Positions 1 through 12,099 of a DNA stretch of 64,000 nucleotides are shown one piece after another (within the stretch, counting starts at the first letter, position 1; each line of letters begins with the position of its first letter). This stretch comes from Phyllobates terribilis. Lineage: Eukaryota. Under the pieces are notes generated by a model. That model had not been told where the DNA came from. It searched no databases and worked only from the letters and a program-made list of their open reading frames with translations. A program made the translations under genes and the position numbers. The stretch is from NCBI RefSeq assembly GCF_046119375.1, contig NW_027362767.1, positions 426,932,001 through 426,996,000 of the forward strand. The letters run 5' to 3'.

Positions 1-1
1 C

Positions 2-1405
2 GGAAAGTGTTTTATCAAGCAGTCAAACTTCGAGATGCACCTGCGGCTCCACGCCGGAGAAGAGTTTTATCCCTGTACCGAATGTGAAAAACTGTTTAGC
101 TCAAAGTCAGCCTGCGATAGACACATAAGAGATCACACCAAAGAGAGACCCCATGGCTGCCCCCAGTGCGGAAAACGCTTTCTATATAATGGCTGCTTGA
201 TTAAGCACATGAGGGTGCACACCGGAGAAAGACCTTTTGTCTGCCCAGATTGTGGCAAAGGTTTCGCTCAAAGTTCTAGTCTTAATTCTCACCGGCGACT
301 TCATGAGGATGAGAAACCGTACGTCTGTCTGGAGTGCAAGAAATGCTTCACCAAGAAATTTAATTTTGATGTGCATCTGAAAATTCACGCGAAGGAGAAG
401 CTGCTGGCCGAAATCGCCCAAACGAAGAGCGGAAATGTCTCCAACCTAGTAGTAAACAGCCAAAGCAAGGACCCTGTCAAGGATAATAACAGAAATCATG
501 ATATGGATAAGCCTGGTGAGTGGCCTCTTATAGATGGCTCGCTGACAAACGGACAACATGGAGATGTCCTACTTCACGAGAGGGCTGAAGTAGACGTCTC
601 CTTTGGAGATGATCCATTTCACAAGAGGCTTTTGACAGATGACTCGCTCAATGACATGCCATGCGAAGATACCCCATTGAATGAATGCCATGTTAGAGAT
701 GTCACGATCAACGGTGGTCATTATGGAGTTGTCCCGTCTATGGAAAGGACAAGTGAAAGCTTTGCATTTAACAGTAGGCCGATTATTGATGTGTCATTCA
801 ATGGTAGACCCGTTGGAGAGGTGCCATTTAAGAAGAAGCTTCTTACAGATGTCCCTCTGAACGACTGGCCTCATGAAGACCTCTCATTTATCGAGAACCC
901 ATATTTAGATATTTCCTCTAGTGATCAGTCTTTTGGAGATGGCTCCTTCCTACAGACTTCTTATTATAACCATGATCCCGACAGTGTCTCGTTTACAGAG
1001 AGGTCCATGATAGATGTGTCGTTTTTCACCAACCCTATAAACTCTGGAGCTCAGGAGAAGCAGCACACTTGCCCGGATTGTGGGAAAGGTTTTCCATATA
1101 ATGGATGTTTGGTGAAACATCTCCGGACTCACACGGGGGAGAAGCCATATGCCTGCAATGAGTGCGGAAAGTGTTTCTCTCAGTCGTCGACCCTCAATTG
1201 TCACAAAAGGACTCATACAGGAGAGCGGCCGTACCTCTGCCCCCAGTGTGGAAAAGGCTTCACCAGTCAGTCCCACGTTGCCCGACATCAAGCAATTCAC
1301 AACAAAAGCCGGTCGTTTATATGTAACGGGTGCGGGAAAGTGTTTTTGCAGAGGTCCTACCTAATAAAGCATCAGAAGAGGATGGCTTGTTCACAGACGC
1401 TCTGA
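2..1405 (+). CDS. C2H2 zinc-finger gene 1, terminal exon, 5'-truncated by the window edge
   Basis: Frame is open from base 2 (GKCFIKQSNFEMHLRLH) to TGA at 1405. One partial plus four C2H2 fingers, an acidic spacer of about 200 aa, then three C2H2 fingers and a final C2HC-like finger. TGEKP-type linkers; AATAAA near 1849. Confidence 0.92.
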   Translation, partial: GKCFIKQSNFEMHLRLHAGEEFYPCTECEKLFSSKSACDRHIRDHTKERPHGCPQCGKRFLYNGCLIKHMRVHTGERPFVCPDCGKGFAQSSSLNSHRRLHEDEKPYVCLECKKCFTKKFNFDVHLKIHAKEKLLAEIAQTKSGNVSNLVVNSQSKDPVKDNNRNHDMDKPGEWPLIDGSLTNGQHGDVLLHERAEVDVSFGDDPFHKRLLTDDSLNDMPCEDTPLNECHVRDVTINGGHYGVVPSMERTSESFAFNSRPIIDVSFNGRPVGEVPFKKKLLTDVPLNDWPHEDLSFIENPYLDISSSDQSFGDGSFLQTSYYNHDPDSVSFTERSMIDVSFFTNPINSGAQEKQHTCPDCGKGFPYNGCLVKHLRTHTGEKPYACNECGKCFSQSSTLNCHKRTHTGERPYLCPQCGKGFTSQSHVARHQAIHNKSRSFICNGCGKVFLQRSYLIKHQKRMACSQTL

Positions 1406-1879
1406 TGGGCTGTGACTTTTATAAATATATATTATATTTACATGTTAACAGAACGGCATTTTTATACTTTATAATGAATACAAAAAAAATTATTTTGGTT
1501 TGTGTTTTGTTTTGTTTTTTTGCTGCATTTATAGGTCTACAGCTGCTATGCAGACCTATGTATCTCCATGGTAACTAACAACAAAAAGTGTAGTCTAATC
1601 TTGCTAATGTACGAAATGTATGTTAGGAAAAAGTAAGGGATAAATGAAGGGGAATATGAGTACAAGATCAAACTACAAAGAGTTTTGTTTGTCGTCCGTT
1701 ATTATAGTGATGCATATGTCTGCATGGTTGCTGTAAACTCAAAATGGTAGGACATTTTTAATTGACTGTTGCACAGTTGTTCATCCTCTAATTCTTGGTG
1801 TATTGGAGCAAAACATTTTACATAGCTTTTTATTTGGATTTAAAACCAAATAAAAAATATCCACCTAATATATACTTAA

Positions 1880-2383
1880 AGCGCACCTGTCAGCAGGATT
1901 GTGCTCAGTAAACTACATACACTGTCAGGTGGGTGACATTACACTGATTAAAATGATACCTTGGTTGGTGAAATCCATGCTGTGGTTCAGGGCGGCCTGT
2001 GGGGGGCGCTCTATCTGGTGCTCTGCTTACATATTCCGCTATATGCTCTTATGACAGCTCACTGTGCCTTCACTGACCTGCCTCCTATTTTACCTAGCCC
2101 CGCACTACTAGGTGCATTATGTAAAATAGGAGACAGGTCAGTGAAGGCACAGTGAGTTGTCATAATAGCATATAGCTGAATATGTAAGCAGAGCACCAGA
2201 TAGAGCGCCCCCCACAGGCCGCCCCGAAGCACGAGCACATCATTATCTCCAAACTGAAAGTAAAGATTACACAAGAACCACAGGATGGATTTCATCAACC
2301 AAGGTATCATTTTAAGCAGTGTAATGTGGCACACCTGACAGTGTATGTAGTTTACTGAGCACAATCCTGCTGACAGGTGTGCT
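1880..2383. mobile_element. Fold-back MITE with TTAA target site (T2/Kolobok-like)
   Basis: TTAA at 1876-1879 and 2384-2387. Termini AGCGCACCTGTCAGCAGGATTGTGCTC and their reverse complement; the internal arms are also inverted. Confidence 0.8.
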
Positions 2384-2399
2384 TTAATTCACGCTATTC

Positions 2400-2950
2400 C
2401 CCGGCCTCTCCTCTCTGTCAATCCCTTCACTGACTCCCCATTGCCCAGAGACTCCAGTTCAAAACCCTAACCATGCATACAAAGTCATTCACAACCTGTC
2501 TCCTCCATAAATCTGTGGCCTAGTCTCCCAATACATACCTGCACGCAACCTGCAATCCTCATAAGATCTCCCAGCTTATCACCTCTTCCCACAATCGCAT
2601 ACAAGACTTCTCCCGTGAATCCCCCCAACTCTGGAACTCTCTACCCAAACATATCAGACTCTTGCCTACCGTGGAAACATTCAAAAGGAACCTGAAGACC
2701 CACCTCTTCCGACAAGCCTACAACCTGCAGTAACCCTCGCCCCACCACACCGCTGCACGACCAGCTCTACCCTCACCTACTGTATCCTCACCCATCCCTT
2801 GTAGACTGTGAGCCCTCATGGGCAGGGTCCTCGCTCCTCCTGTACCAGTCACTGAATTCTATTGTCTAAGATTATTGTACTTGTTGTTTGCTATTTATAC
2901 CCCTTTTATTTCAGGAAATAAACGGCGCTATAATTATAAATAATAATAAT
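2400..2950 (+). mobile_element. L2-clade LINE 3' fragment
   Basis: ORF2 C-terminus-like peptide SPQLWNSLPKHIRLLPTVETFKRNLKTHLFRQAYNLQ* (stop 2731-2733), L2-type 3' UTR (TTGTAGACTGTGAGCCC) and an (AAT)n tail. Confidence 0.8.
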
Positions 2951-3052
2951 ACTGTGCATGTCGGGTGCAGATATATGTGGTCGGCATACCTGGCCCGTAA
3001 CATCAGCGATGGGAGCTCCAATCACAATTGTTAAACGCTTATATGAATTTAA

Positions 3053-4735
3053 CCCCTTTACGACATGTGTCGTAATAGTACGACACATGTCGATTCCCTC
3101 CTGTTGGTGCGGGCTCGTGACAGCTGCGGGTGGAATCGCGATCCACCCTCGGCTGTTAACTAGTTAAATGCCGCTGTCAATCTCTGACAGCAGCATTTAA
3201 CTCGCACGTCACTGGCTCCACCCATCGGCGACCCTGTCACATGATCACGGGTCGCCGATGGGTTGGCATGACAGCTCGTGTCTGCAGGAGACCCCTGCGG
3301 TTCTCATTACCAGATTCCTATGAGCGCCGACCAGCAAGTGAGTATTTCTGCTGCACACACGCGATCTGATAATTGCAGCTTCTAGTCTCCCATGGAGACT
3401 ATTGAAACATGCAAAAGTAAAAAAAAATGTTTTTAAAAAAATAAAGAAAATATAAAAGTTTAAATCACCCCACTTTCGCCCCATTCAAAATAAAGCAATA
3501 AAAAAATCAAATATACACATATTTGGTATCGCCGCATTCAGAATCGCCCGATCTATCGATATAAAAAAAAAAGAATCTGTTTGGTAAACTGCGTAATGAA
3601 AAAAAAATTCAAAAAGCCAAAATTACGTTTTTTTTGGTTGCCGCTACATTGCAATAAAATGCAATAACGGGCGATCAAAACATTGGATCTACCCCAAAAT
3701 GGTATCCATAAAAACGTCAGCTCAGGGCTCAAAAAAATAATCCCTCACTCATCCCCAGATGTCAAAAAATGGAGACGCTACGGGTCTCAGAAAATGGCGA
3801 CTTTTTTATTTAAAGAAGTTGCACACTACTTTATATTAGCCCCCCCAATGTATCCCCCCAGGACCCCTAAGACTTTTTGAAAATACCTTATGTTGCTGAT
3901 AATACCTGTGAGCGGCGCTATCGGTGGCCTCTCACAGGCATCACGTGACCCCGCGCTGACGTCACGACAAGTGAGGTGTGACTCAGCACTGGGGTCCCCG
4001 CGGTGGCTGCTGGGTTGTGGGCGGGGTTACCCCCCCCCTGCGTCACACCCAGCATCCACCGCGCGCTTTCCCATTGAATGGGGAGAGGGAGAGCGCGTGG
4101 TGGATGCTGGGTGTGATATGCGGGGGGTAACCCCGCCCACAGCCTGGCATCCACCTGGAACGCGGAAGACAAAGACCCCCGGCTGCTGCCAGCACTTGTC
4201 GTGACATCAGCGGATGTCAGAGCCGGCTGCAGCCGGGGGTCACATGATGCCTGTGAGCGGCCAGTGATAGCGCCACTCACAGGCATTATCAGCAACATAA
4301 GGTATTTACAAAAAGTCTTAGGGGCCCCGGGGGGATACATTAGGGAGGTAATATAAAGTAGTGAACAACCCCTTTAACAAACTTTGGATTTTTTTTCACA
4401 ACTTAAAAAAGAACCCATACATGTTTGGTATCCACGAATTGTAATGACCCGGAGAATCATAATGGCAGGTCAGTTTTAGAATTTAGTGAACATGGTAAAA
4501 AAAACAATGACTGTGGAATTGCATCTTTTCTTCAATTTCACCGCACTTGGAATTTTTTTCCTGTTTTTCAGTACATGACATGGTAAAACCAATGATGTCA
4601 CTCAAAAGTATAACTTGTTCTGCAAAAAATAAGCCCTCACATGGACATATTGACCCAAAAATAAAAAAGTTATGGCTCTGGGAAGAAGGGGAGCAAAAAA
4701 CAAAAACGGAAAATGGCCCGGTCATGAAGAGGTTG
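3053..4735. mobile_element. Non-autonomous TTAA/CCC-ended (piggyBac-like) element, degraded right end
   Basis: Starts TTAA|CCCCTTTACGAC at 3049-3060 and ends near GTCATGAAGAGGTT (4721-4734). No transposase; the internal sequence resembles the element at 11276-15327. Confidence 0.6.
3814..4373. mobile_element. Palindromic TTAA MITE nested in the 3053 element
   Basis: TTAA at 3810-3813 and 4374-4377; long inverted arms (CACTACTTTATATTA...AATGTATCCCCCC versus GGGGGATACATT...TAATATAAAGTAGTG). Confidence 0.75.
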
Positions 4736-6032
4736 GGGGTGCGCCATTTTGAACGTCAATCTGCCCCCTCCTCCACAAAACATTGTAAGCCCCCATAATG
4801 GTATAAATAAAAACATTACATTGCCACACAAAAAGCAAGCCCTCACATAACTTCATTAATGAAAAAATAAAAAAGTTGCAGGTCGTAGAAAATGGCAAAA
4901 CACAAAGCTATTTTTTCTTCTTGTGACAAATTTCTGAATTTTTTTTTAACCACTAAAATAAAAAACTAAGTTTGATATCGCAGTAATTGTACTGACCTGA
5001 TGAGCCGAGTTATCGGGTCATTTCTACCAGGCAGTGAACGCTATAAAAAAACAATGGCTGAATTGTGTGGGTTCTTTCACCATTATCACCCAAAAATGAA
5101 TGATGTCATTCACAGCTACAACTTGTCCCACAAAAAAAACCAAGCCCTAGTATAGCTATATGGATGGAAAAATAAAAAAAGTTATGGCTCTTGGAAGAAG
5201 GGGAGGAATAATCATAAGTGGTGATAGAGGAGCGCGTGACCAGACCTGTCCATCCGCCTCCGACAATAGAAAAGCAGCTTTCCCATGTGCAGCTTTATAA
5301 ATGGAGGAGGACAGACAGGTCTGGTCATGCGCTCCTCCATAAGCGGCAATCCTGAGATCAGGAGGAATTTGCAATCTGAGAAGAACCCGTGATCCTTGTA
5401 AATTAGTAAGTGTAACAACATCATCTGCCCAACATTTCTGTTAGAAAAAAAAGTAAAGCGGCCATCCCGTTTGCAAAGAGAGTACGTGCATGTTTGTTGT
5501 GTTGTACCAGTAAGGTGAAAAACCCCTGTCCCCCGCCCACAGTTTAAAATAAAAGATTTCTTCCCTCACCCTCCCCAGGTCCAGTGGTGAGTCTCTCCTG
5601 CTGCTCCAAGAGTTTGGATGCAGCGCTGCAAGCACTAACAATCAGTGGACTGAGCGGCCCGTGTCATCAACTCAGGCAGAGCCCCTGAGCTCACCTCCCT
5701 GACTGGCTGCAGCGTTGTCAATGAGACATCAGCACTGCAGACAATATAAGACACTGGGAGCAGTGGAGGAGAGTCAGAGCTGGACCCAGGGAGGGGGGAA
5801 AGCACAGTTTGTTTTTTAACCACACTGCAGCCGGCGAACGGGTTTTCAGAAACCGTAAAATCCCTTTAAGGCCGAATTCAAACTCAACAACCTCTTAAGC
5901 AATATCTAAGGCTGTCGAGTTTGGATTAGAAGACCGATGGCCGGTCCATACTTAACTGTGATATGTGATATATGGACGTATGAATTCGGCTTTATACTGG
6001 GTCCACACATTGCAGCAACATATAGTTATATA

Positions 6033-7659
6033 CAGTACAGACCAGAAGTTTGGACACACCTTCTCATTTAAAGATTTTTCCGTATTTTCATGACTTTAAA
6101 AATGGTACATTCACACTGAAGGCATCAAAACTATGAATTAACACATGTGGAATTATATCCTTAACAAAAAAGTGTGAAACTACTGAAAATATGTCTTATA
6201 TTCTAGGTTCTACAAAGTAGCCACCTTTTGCTTTGATCACTGCTTTGCACACTCTTGGCATTCTCTTGATGAGCTTCAAGAGGTAGTCACCGGAAATGGT
6301 CTTCCAACAATCTTGAAGGAGTTCCCAGAGATGCTTAGCACTTGTTGGCCCTTTTGCCTTCACTCTGCGGTCCAGCTCACCTCAAACCATCTCGATTGGG
6401 TTCAGGTCTGGTGACTGTGGAGGCCAGGTCATCTGGCGTAGCACCCCATCACTCTCCTTCTTGGTCAAATAGCCCTTACATAGCCTGGAGGTGTGTTTGG
6501 GGTCATTGTCCTGTTGAAAAATAAATGATGGTCCAACTAAACGCAAACCGGATGGAATAGCATGCTGCTGCAAGATGCTGTGGTAGCCATGCTGGTTCAG
6601 TATGCCTTCAATTTTGAATAAATCCCCAACAGTGTCACCAGCAAAGCACGCCCACACCATCACACCTCCTCCTCCATGCTTCACGGTGGGAACCAGGCAT
6701 GTAAAGTCCATCCGTTCACCTTTTCTGCGTCACACAAAGACACGGTGGTTGGAACCAAAGATCTCAAATTTGGACTCATCAGACCAAAGCACAGATTTCC
6801 ACTGGTCTAATGTCCATTCCTTGTGTTCTTTAGCCCAAACAAGTCTCTTCTGCTTGTTGCCTGTCCTTAGCAGTGGTTTACTAGCAGCTATTTTACCATG
6901 AAGGCCTGCTGCACAAAGTCTCCTCTTAACAGTTGTTGTAGAGATGTGTCTGTTGCTAGAACTCTGTGTGGCATTGACCTGGTCTCTAATCTGAGCTGCT
7001 GTTAACCTGCGATTTCTGAGGCTGGTGACTCGGATAAACATATCCTCAGAAGTAGAGGTGACTCTCGGTCTTCCTTTCCTGGGGCGGTCCTCATGTGAGC
7101 CAGTTTCTTTGTAGCGCTTGATGGTTTTTGCAACTGTACTTGAGGACACTTTCAAAGTTTTCCCAATTTTTCAGACTGACTGACCTTCATTTCTTAAGGT
7201 AATGAAGGTCACTCATTTTTCTTTACGTAGCTTTTTTCTTGCCATAATACAAATTCTAACAGTCTATTCAGTAGGACTATCAGCTGTGTATCCACCAGAC
7301 TTCTGCACAACACAACTGATGGTCCCAACCCCATTTATAAGGCAAGAAATCCCACTTATTAAACCTGACAGGTCACACCTGTGAAGTGAAAACCATTTCC
7401 GGTGACTACCTCTTGAAGCTCATCAAGAGAATGCCAAGAGTGTGCAAAGCAGTGATCAAAGCAAAAGGTGGCTACTTTGAAGAACCTAGAATATAATACA
7501 TATTTTCAGTTGTTTCACACTTTTTTGTTAAGTATATAATTCCACGTGTGTTAATTCATAGTTTTGATGCCTTCAGTGTGAATGTACAATTTTCAAAGTC
7601 ATGAAAATACGGAAAAATCTTTAAATGAGAAGGTGTGTCCAAACTTTTGGTCTGTAATG
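6033..7659 (-). mobile_element. Tc1/mariner DNA transposon, family A, defective
   Basis: TA on both sides; TIRs CAGTACAGACC(A/G)AAGTTTGGACACACC. Transposase fragments carry [14 protein letters not shown] and SPDLNPIE, with in-frame stops. Near-identical to 49313-50939. Confidence 0.92.
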
Positions 7660-7757
7660 TAGGTATGACAAAAAAATCCCAGAAACATAATGCCTGTGGG
7701 CGCACACCTCCGTCGTACCCAGCCGTGCGCCACCACAAACAAACAACTCCAAGAAAC

Positions 7758-8678
7758 ATGAGATAAACAAGGAATACGGAGTTTATTTGAGATTGATTAA
7801 CAAAATGTCAATATGACTTTATTAACACATACAACTCAACAATACATGTAAGTATAAAAAAGACATGGGCAGGAGGGAAATGGAGGATAACAGCAAGGGC
7901 GCAAACCATTACCAGGGAGATGTCTTGTATCACATGGTATAAGAGCTAAAAAAGACGCCACGTTCAGGTTTCATATAAGGCTGAGAAGCTTAGCATAACC
8001 CAGTGGTATATAAACAGTGTAATTGACATAATTCAGCCATAATGACAATAAAACCTGTAGCGGCAGTCACTATCAGCAAAGAGCCAAACGTTGTGTATGG
8101 ACAGCAACATCGCTTACCCTGGATAAGCGCAGCACCCAAAATACCGTGTGGATATATACCACTTCCCGACGCGCGTTTCGCGTGAAGTGTATACGGCTTT
8201 ATCAAGGGAAGATAAAGCGTTGATAAAGCCGTATACACTTCACGCGAAACGCATGTCGGGAAGCGGTATGTATCCACGTGGTATCTTGGGCTCTGCGCTC
8301 ATCTAGGGTAAGCGATGTTGCTGTCCATGCACAACGTTTGGCTGTCTCTTTGCTGATAGTGACCGCCGCTACAGGTTTTGTTGTTTTATTGTCATTATGA
8401 CTGAATTATGTCAATTACACTGTTTATAAACCACTGAGTTATGCTAAGCATCTCAGCCTTATATGAAACCTGAACGTGGCGTCGTTTTTAGCTCTTATAC
8501 TATGTGATACAAGACATCTCCCTGATAATGTTTGCGCCCTTGCTGCTATCCTCCATTTCCCTCCTACCCATGTCTTTTTTATACTTACATGTATTGTTGA
8601 ATTGTATGTGTTAATAAAGTCATATTGACATTTTTTTACTCAATCTCAAAAAAACTCTGTGTTCCTTGTTTATCTCAT
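7758..8678. repeat. About 920-bp palindrome (two arms of about 450 bp), possibly Penelope-like derived
   Basis: ATGAGATAAACAAGG at 7758 mirrors CCTTGTTTATCTCAT ending at 8678. The arms stay complementary up to a spacer of about 14 nt near 8206-8219. Confidence 0.85.
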
Positions 8679-9437
8679 ATAGTTATATAGGTTGAAAAAA
8701 AGACACCGGATCATCAAGGTCCACTTTTCTCCACCAGTTCTACATTCTCTAATGTTAGATTTGCCATTTGTTGTGAGGAAATCATCCAGCCCTTTTTTGA
8801 AAGTTGTTATAGTATCTGCCATCACTACCTCTTGTTGTCGGCAATACACAGTCTGACTGCTCTGACTGTAAAGAACCCTTTCCTGTTTAGGTGCCGGAAT
8901 CGCCTTTCTTCCCCCTGTAATGAGTGCCCCCTGGTTTAGTATGGTCTTTGGAAGGAATAAGTCATCGGCTAGTCCTTTGTACTGACCACACATATATTTA
9001 TACATGTAAATGAGAGATCCTCTGAGGCGTTGTTTTTCTAAGCTAAACAAGCCCAACTTTTCCAATCTCTCATCATATGAGAGGCCTCCATTCCTTGTAA
9101 TAATCTAGTTGCCACCTTTGAACTGACTCTCAACATCTGAATATTCTTTTTAAAATGTTGAGCCCAAAACTGGATCCCATATTTCAGATGTGGCCTCACC
9201 AGTGATTTATAAAGGGGTAACTACAATGGAATTGCAGGGTTTTATTTCTCTTTTTATACACCCTAAAATCTTGTTTGCTTTTGTGGCTGCTGCTTGACAT
9301 TGAGTACTGCTGCTGGGCTTACTTTTAACCAGAATACCCAAATCCTTCCCCTGTTCTGTAGTCCCGAGTATACACCCATTTAATGTATATGCAGCAATAG
9401 GATTACTCCGTCCTAGGTGCATTACTCTGCATTTATC
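8679..9437 (-). mobile_element. CR1 LINE 3' fragment
   Basis: ORF2 C-terminal peptides MHLGRSNP...GKDLGILV and LGLFSLEKQRLRGSLI; CR1-type tail TTTTTTCAACC on the minus strand; frameshifted. Confidence 0.88.
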
Positions 9438-10610
9438 AACAACGATGCGGGAAAGTTGCCGGCAATTTAAACTGGTCTAGAAATGTCCATCTGGCCGGAT
9501 GTTGTATAGTTGCTTTAGCATCTGTACCGTTCCGTGTGTAATTTTGATTCTTCGTGCCCCTTGTGACAGTATGGGCGCACAACCGCTGAAATGGAGTAAG
9601 AATGAGGCCCAGTAAACAGTAAGACATTGCCCCCGGCAACCACTCACTTTCAGTGTAGGCCTCAAAGTAAAAATAAAAGCCTGAATTAAATTGGTTGCTA
9701 TGGGAAACTGCTCTGTTTCACAACATTTTCGTAGCTTTTTTTTGTTTTTCTTTGTGCTATGGCCAGATGCTCCTTTAAATTCTTCATTCCCAGTGTTTTG
9801 GGATTTGTGGACATTTATAAGCTTTTCTAATTTTTCAGTCTCGTTTGTGTACAAATCAGCATCAGAGGCACTGATTCTTGTCCCTCAGTGATACATCCAT
9901 CATGGCGATGACAGGGGCACATAGCATCTGTGCTTGTGTAATGACCTGTGGTGATTGAAAGCCCCCTGCTGTAATAATGGCCATTAACCCTTTGGATGCT
10001 GCAATCTGTGCTAATCATGCCCCCCTATTGGGTATAAACAAACAGTGGGGGCTCTTTTTGGGGGGTTTGCTTTAATTTTGTCTTTAACCTTTTTGTGACT
10101 TTTCAGAGCAAGAAGTCGCATGTTTTGCTAAAATTACATAAAAAATTCCAGAATTGCAAAAAAAATTACTCCAGGGGGAACTAGAGTACATTAGCGCATA
10201 GAAAAATGTAACTAAAAAGTTGCAATTCATGAATCGACCACAAACATCTGGAAAATAAAAACCGCGCCCACAATGGTGAACATAAGAGAAAACAAACACA
10301 TATAATATACGTAAAAAAGACGGCAATTAAAAGAGAAATTTGGCGAAAACCACCAAAAACTTTGCAAAAATCTGAGGCAATGTAATAATGAACAGGCCCT
10401 TAGGCTGCATACAGAAGATTACAATCTAAACGCCATGTCAGGCTGGTATCTCACCTCCGGTATACACGGTCTAAGTACAGACCAACCGCGGGTCTCCTGA
10501 CCCAAACTCAATAGCTCTATAGTCATATATACAGGTGCATCTCACTAAATTAGAATATCATCAAAAAGTTAATTTATTTCAGTTCTTCAATACAAAAAGT
10601 GAAACTCCTA

Positions 10611-11154
10611 TATTATATAGAGTCATTACACACAGAGGGATCTATTATATAGAGTCATTACACACAGAGGGATTTATTATATAGAGTCATTACACACAGA
10701 GGGATCTATTATATAGAGTCATTACACACAGAGGGATCTATTATATAGAGTCATTACACACAGAATGATCTATTATATAGAGTCATTACACACAGAGGGA
10801 TCTATTATATAGAGTCATTACACACAGAGGGATCTATTATATAGAGTCATTACACACAGAGGGATCTATTATATAGAGTCATTACACACAGAATGATCTA
10901 TTATATAGAGTCATTACACACAGAGGGATCTATTATATAGAGTCATTACACACAGAGGGATCTATAATATAGAGTCATTACACACAGAGGGATCTATTAT
11001 ATAGAGTCATTACACACAGAGGGATCTATAATATAGAGTCATTACACACAGAGGGATCTATAATATAGAGTCATTACACACAGAGGGATCTATTATATAG
11101 AGTCATTACACACAGAGGAATCTATTATATAGAGTCATTACACACAGAGTGACC
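10611..11154. repeat. 32-bp minisatellite (17 units) inside the left TIR of Tc1 family B
   Basis: Unit TATTATATAGAGTCATTACACACAGAGGGATC, repeated head to tail without spacers. Confidence 0.95.
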
Positions 11155-12099
11155 TATTCCAAGTGTTTATTTCTGTTAATGTTGATGATTATGGCTTACA
11201 GCCAATGACAACACAAAAGTCATTATCTCAGTAAATTAGAATACTTTATAACAGCAGCTTGAAAAATGACTTTAACCTCTTAAGCCCCGAGGGTGGTTTG
11301 CACTTTAATGACCAGGCCAATTTTTACAATTCTGACCAATGTCAATTTATGAGGTAATTACTCTGGAACGCTTCAACGGATCCCCCTGATTCTGAGAATG
11401 TTTTTTCGTGACATATTGTACTTCATGATTATGGTAAAATTTCTTCGATATCACTTGCATTTATTTGCAAAAAAAACGGAAATTTGGTGAAAATTTTGAA
11501 AATTTTGCAATTTTCAAAATTTGAATTTTTATGCCCTTAAATCAGAGAGATATGTCACACAAAAGAGTTAATAAATAATATTTCCCACATGTCTACTTTA
11601 CATCAGCACAATTTTGGAACCAACATTTTTTTTTGTTAGGGAGCTATAAGGGTTAAAAGTTGACCAGCAATTTCTCATTTTTCCAACAAAATTTACAAAA
11701 CCATTTTTTTAGGGACCACATCACATTTGAAGTCACTTTGAGAGGTCTTTATGACAGAAAATACCCAAAAGTGACACCATTCTAAAAACTGCACCCCTCA
11801 AGGTGCTCAAAACCACATTCAAGAACTTTATTAACCCTTCAGGTGCTTCACAGGAATTTTTGGAATGTGGAAGAAAAAAATGAACATTTAACTTTTTTCA
11901 CAAAAATGTTACTTTAGACGCAATTTTTTTTATTTTCACAGGGGTAACAAGAAAAAATGGACCCCCAAATTTGTTGTGCAATTTCCCCTGGGCACGCAGA
12001 TACCCAATATGTGGGGAAAAAACACTGTTTGGGCGTACAGCAGGGCTCGGAAGGGAAGGAGCGCCATTTGACTTTTTGATTGTAAAATTTGCTTGAATA

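Noticed and set aside
9436-9891. 125-aa minus-strand ORF next to the CR1
   Set aside because: No recognisable domain or splice context; probably TE debris.
10611-11154. 32-bp repeats as a CRISPR array
   Set aside because: The units abut with no unique spacers, the DNA is eukaryotic, and the array lies inside a Tc1 TIR.
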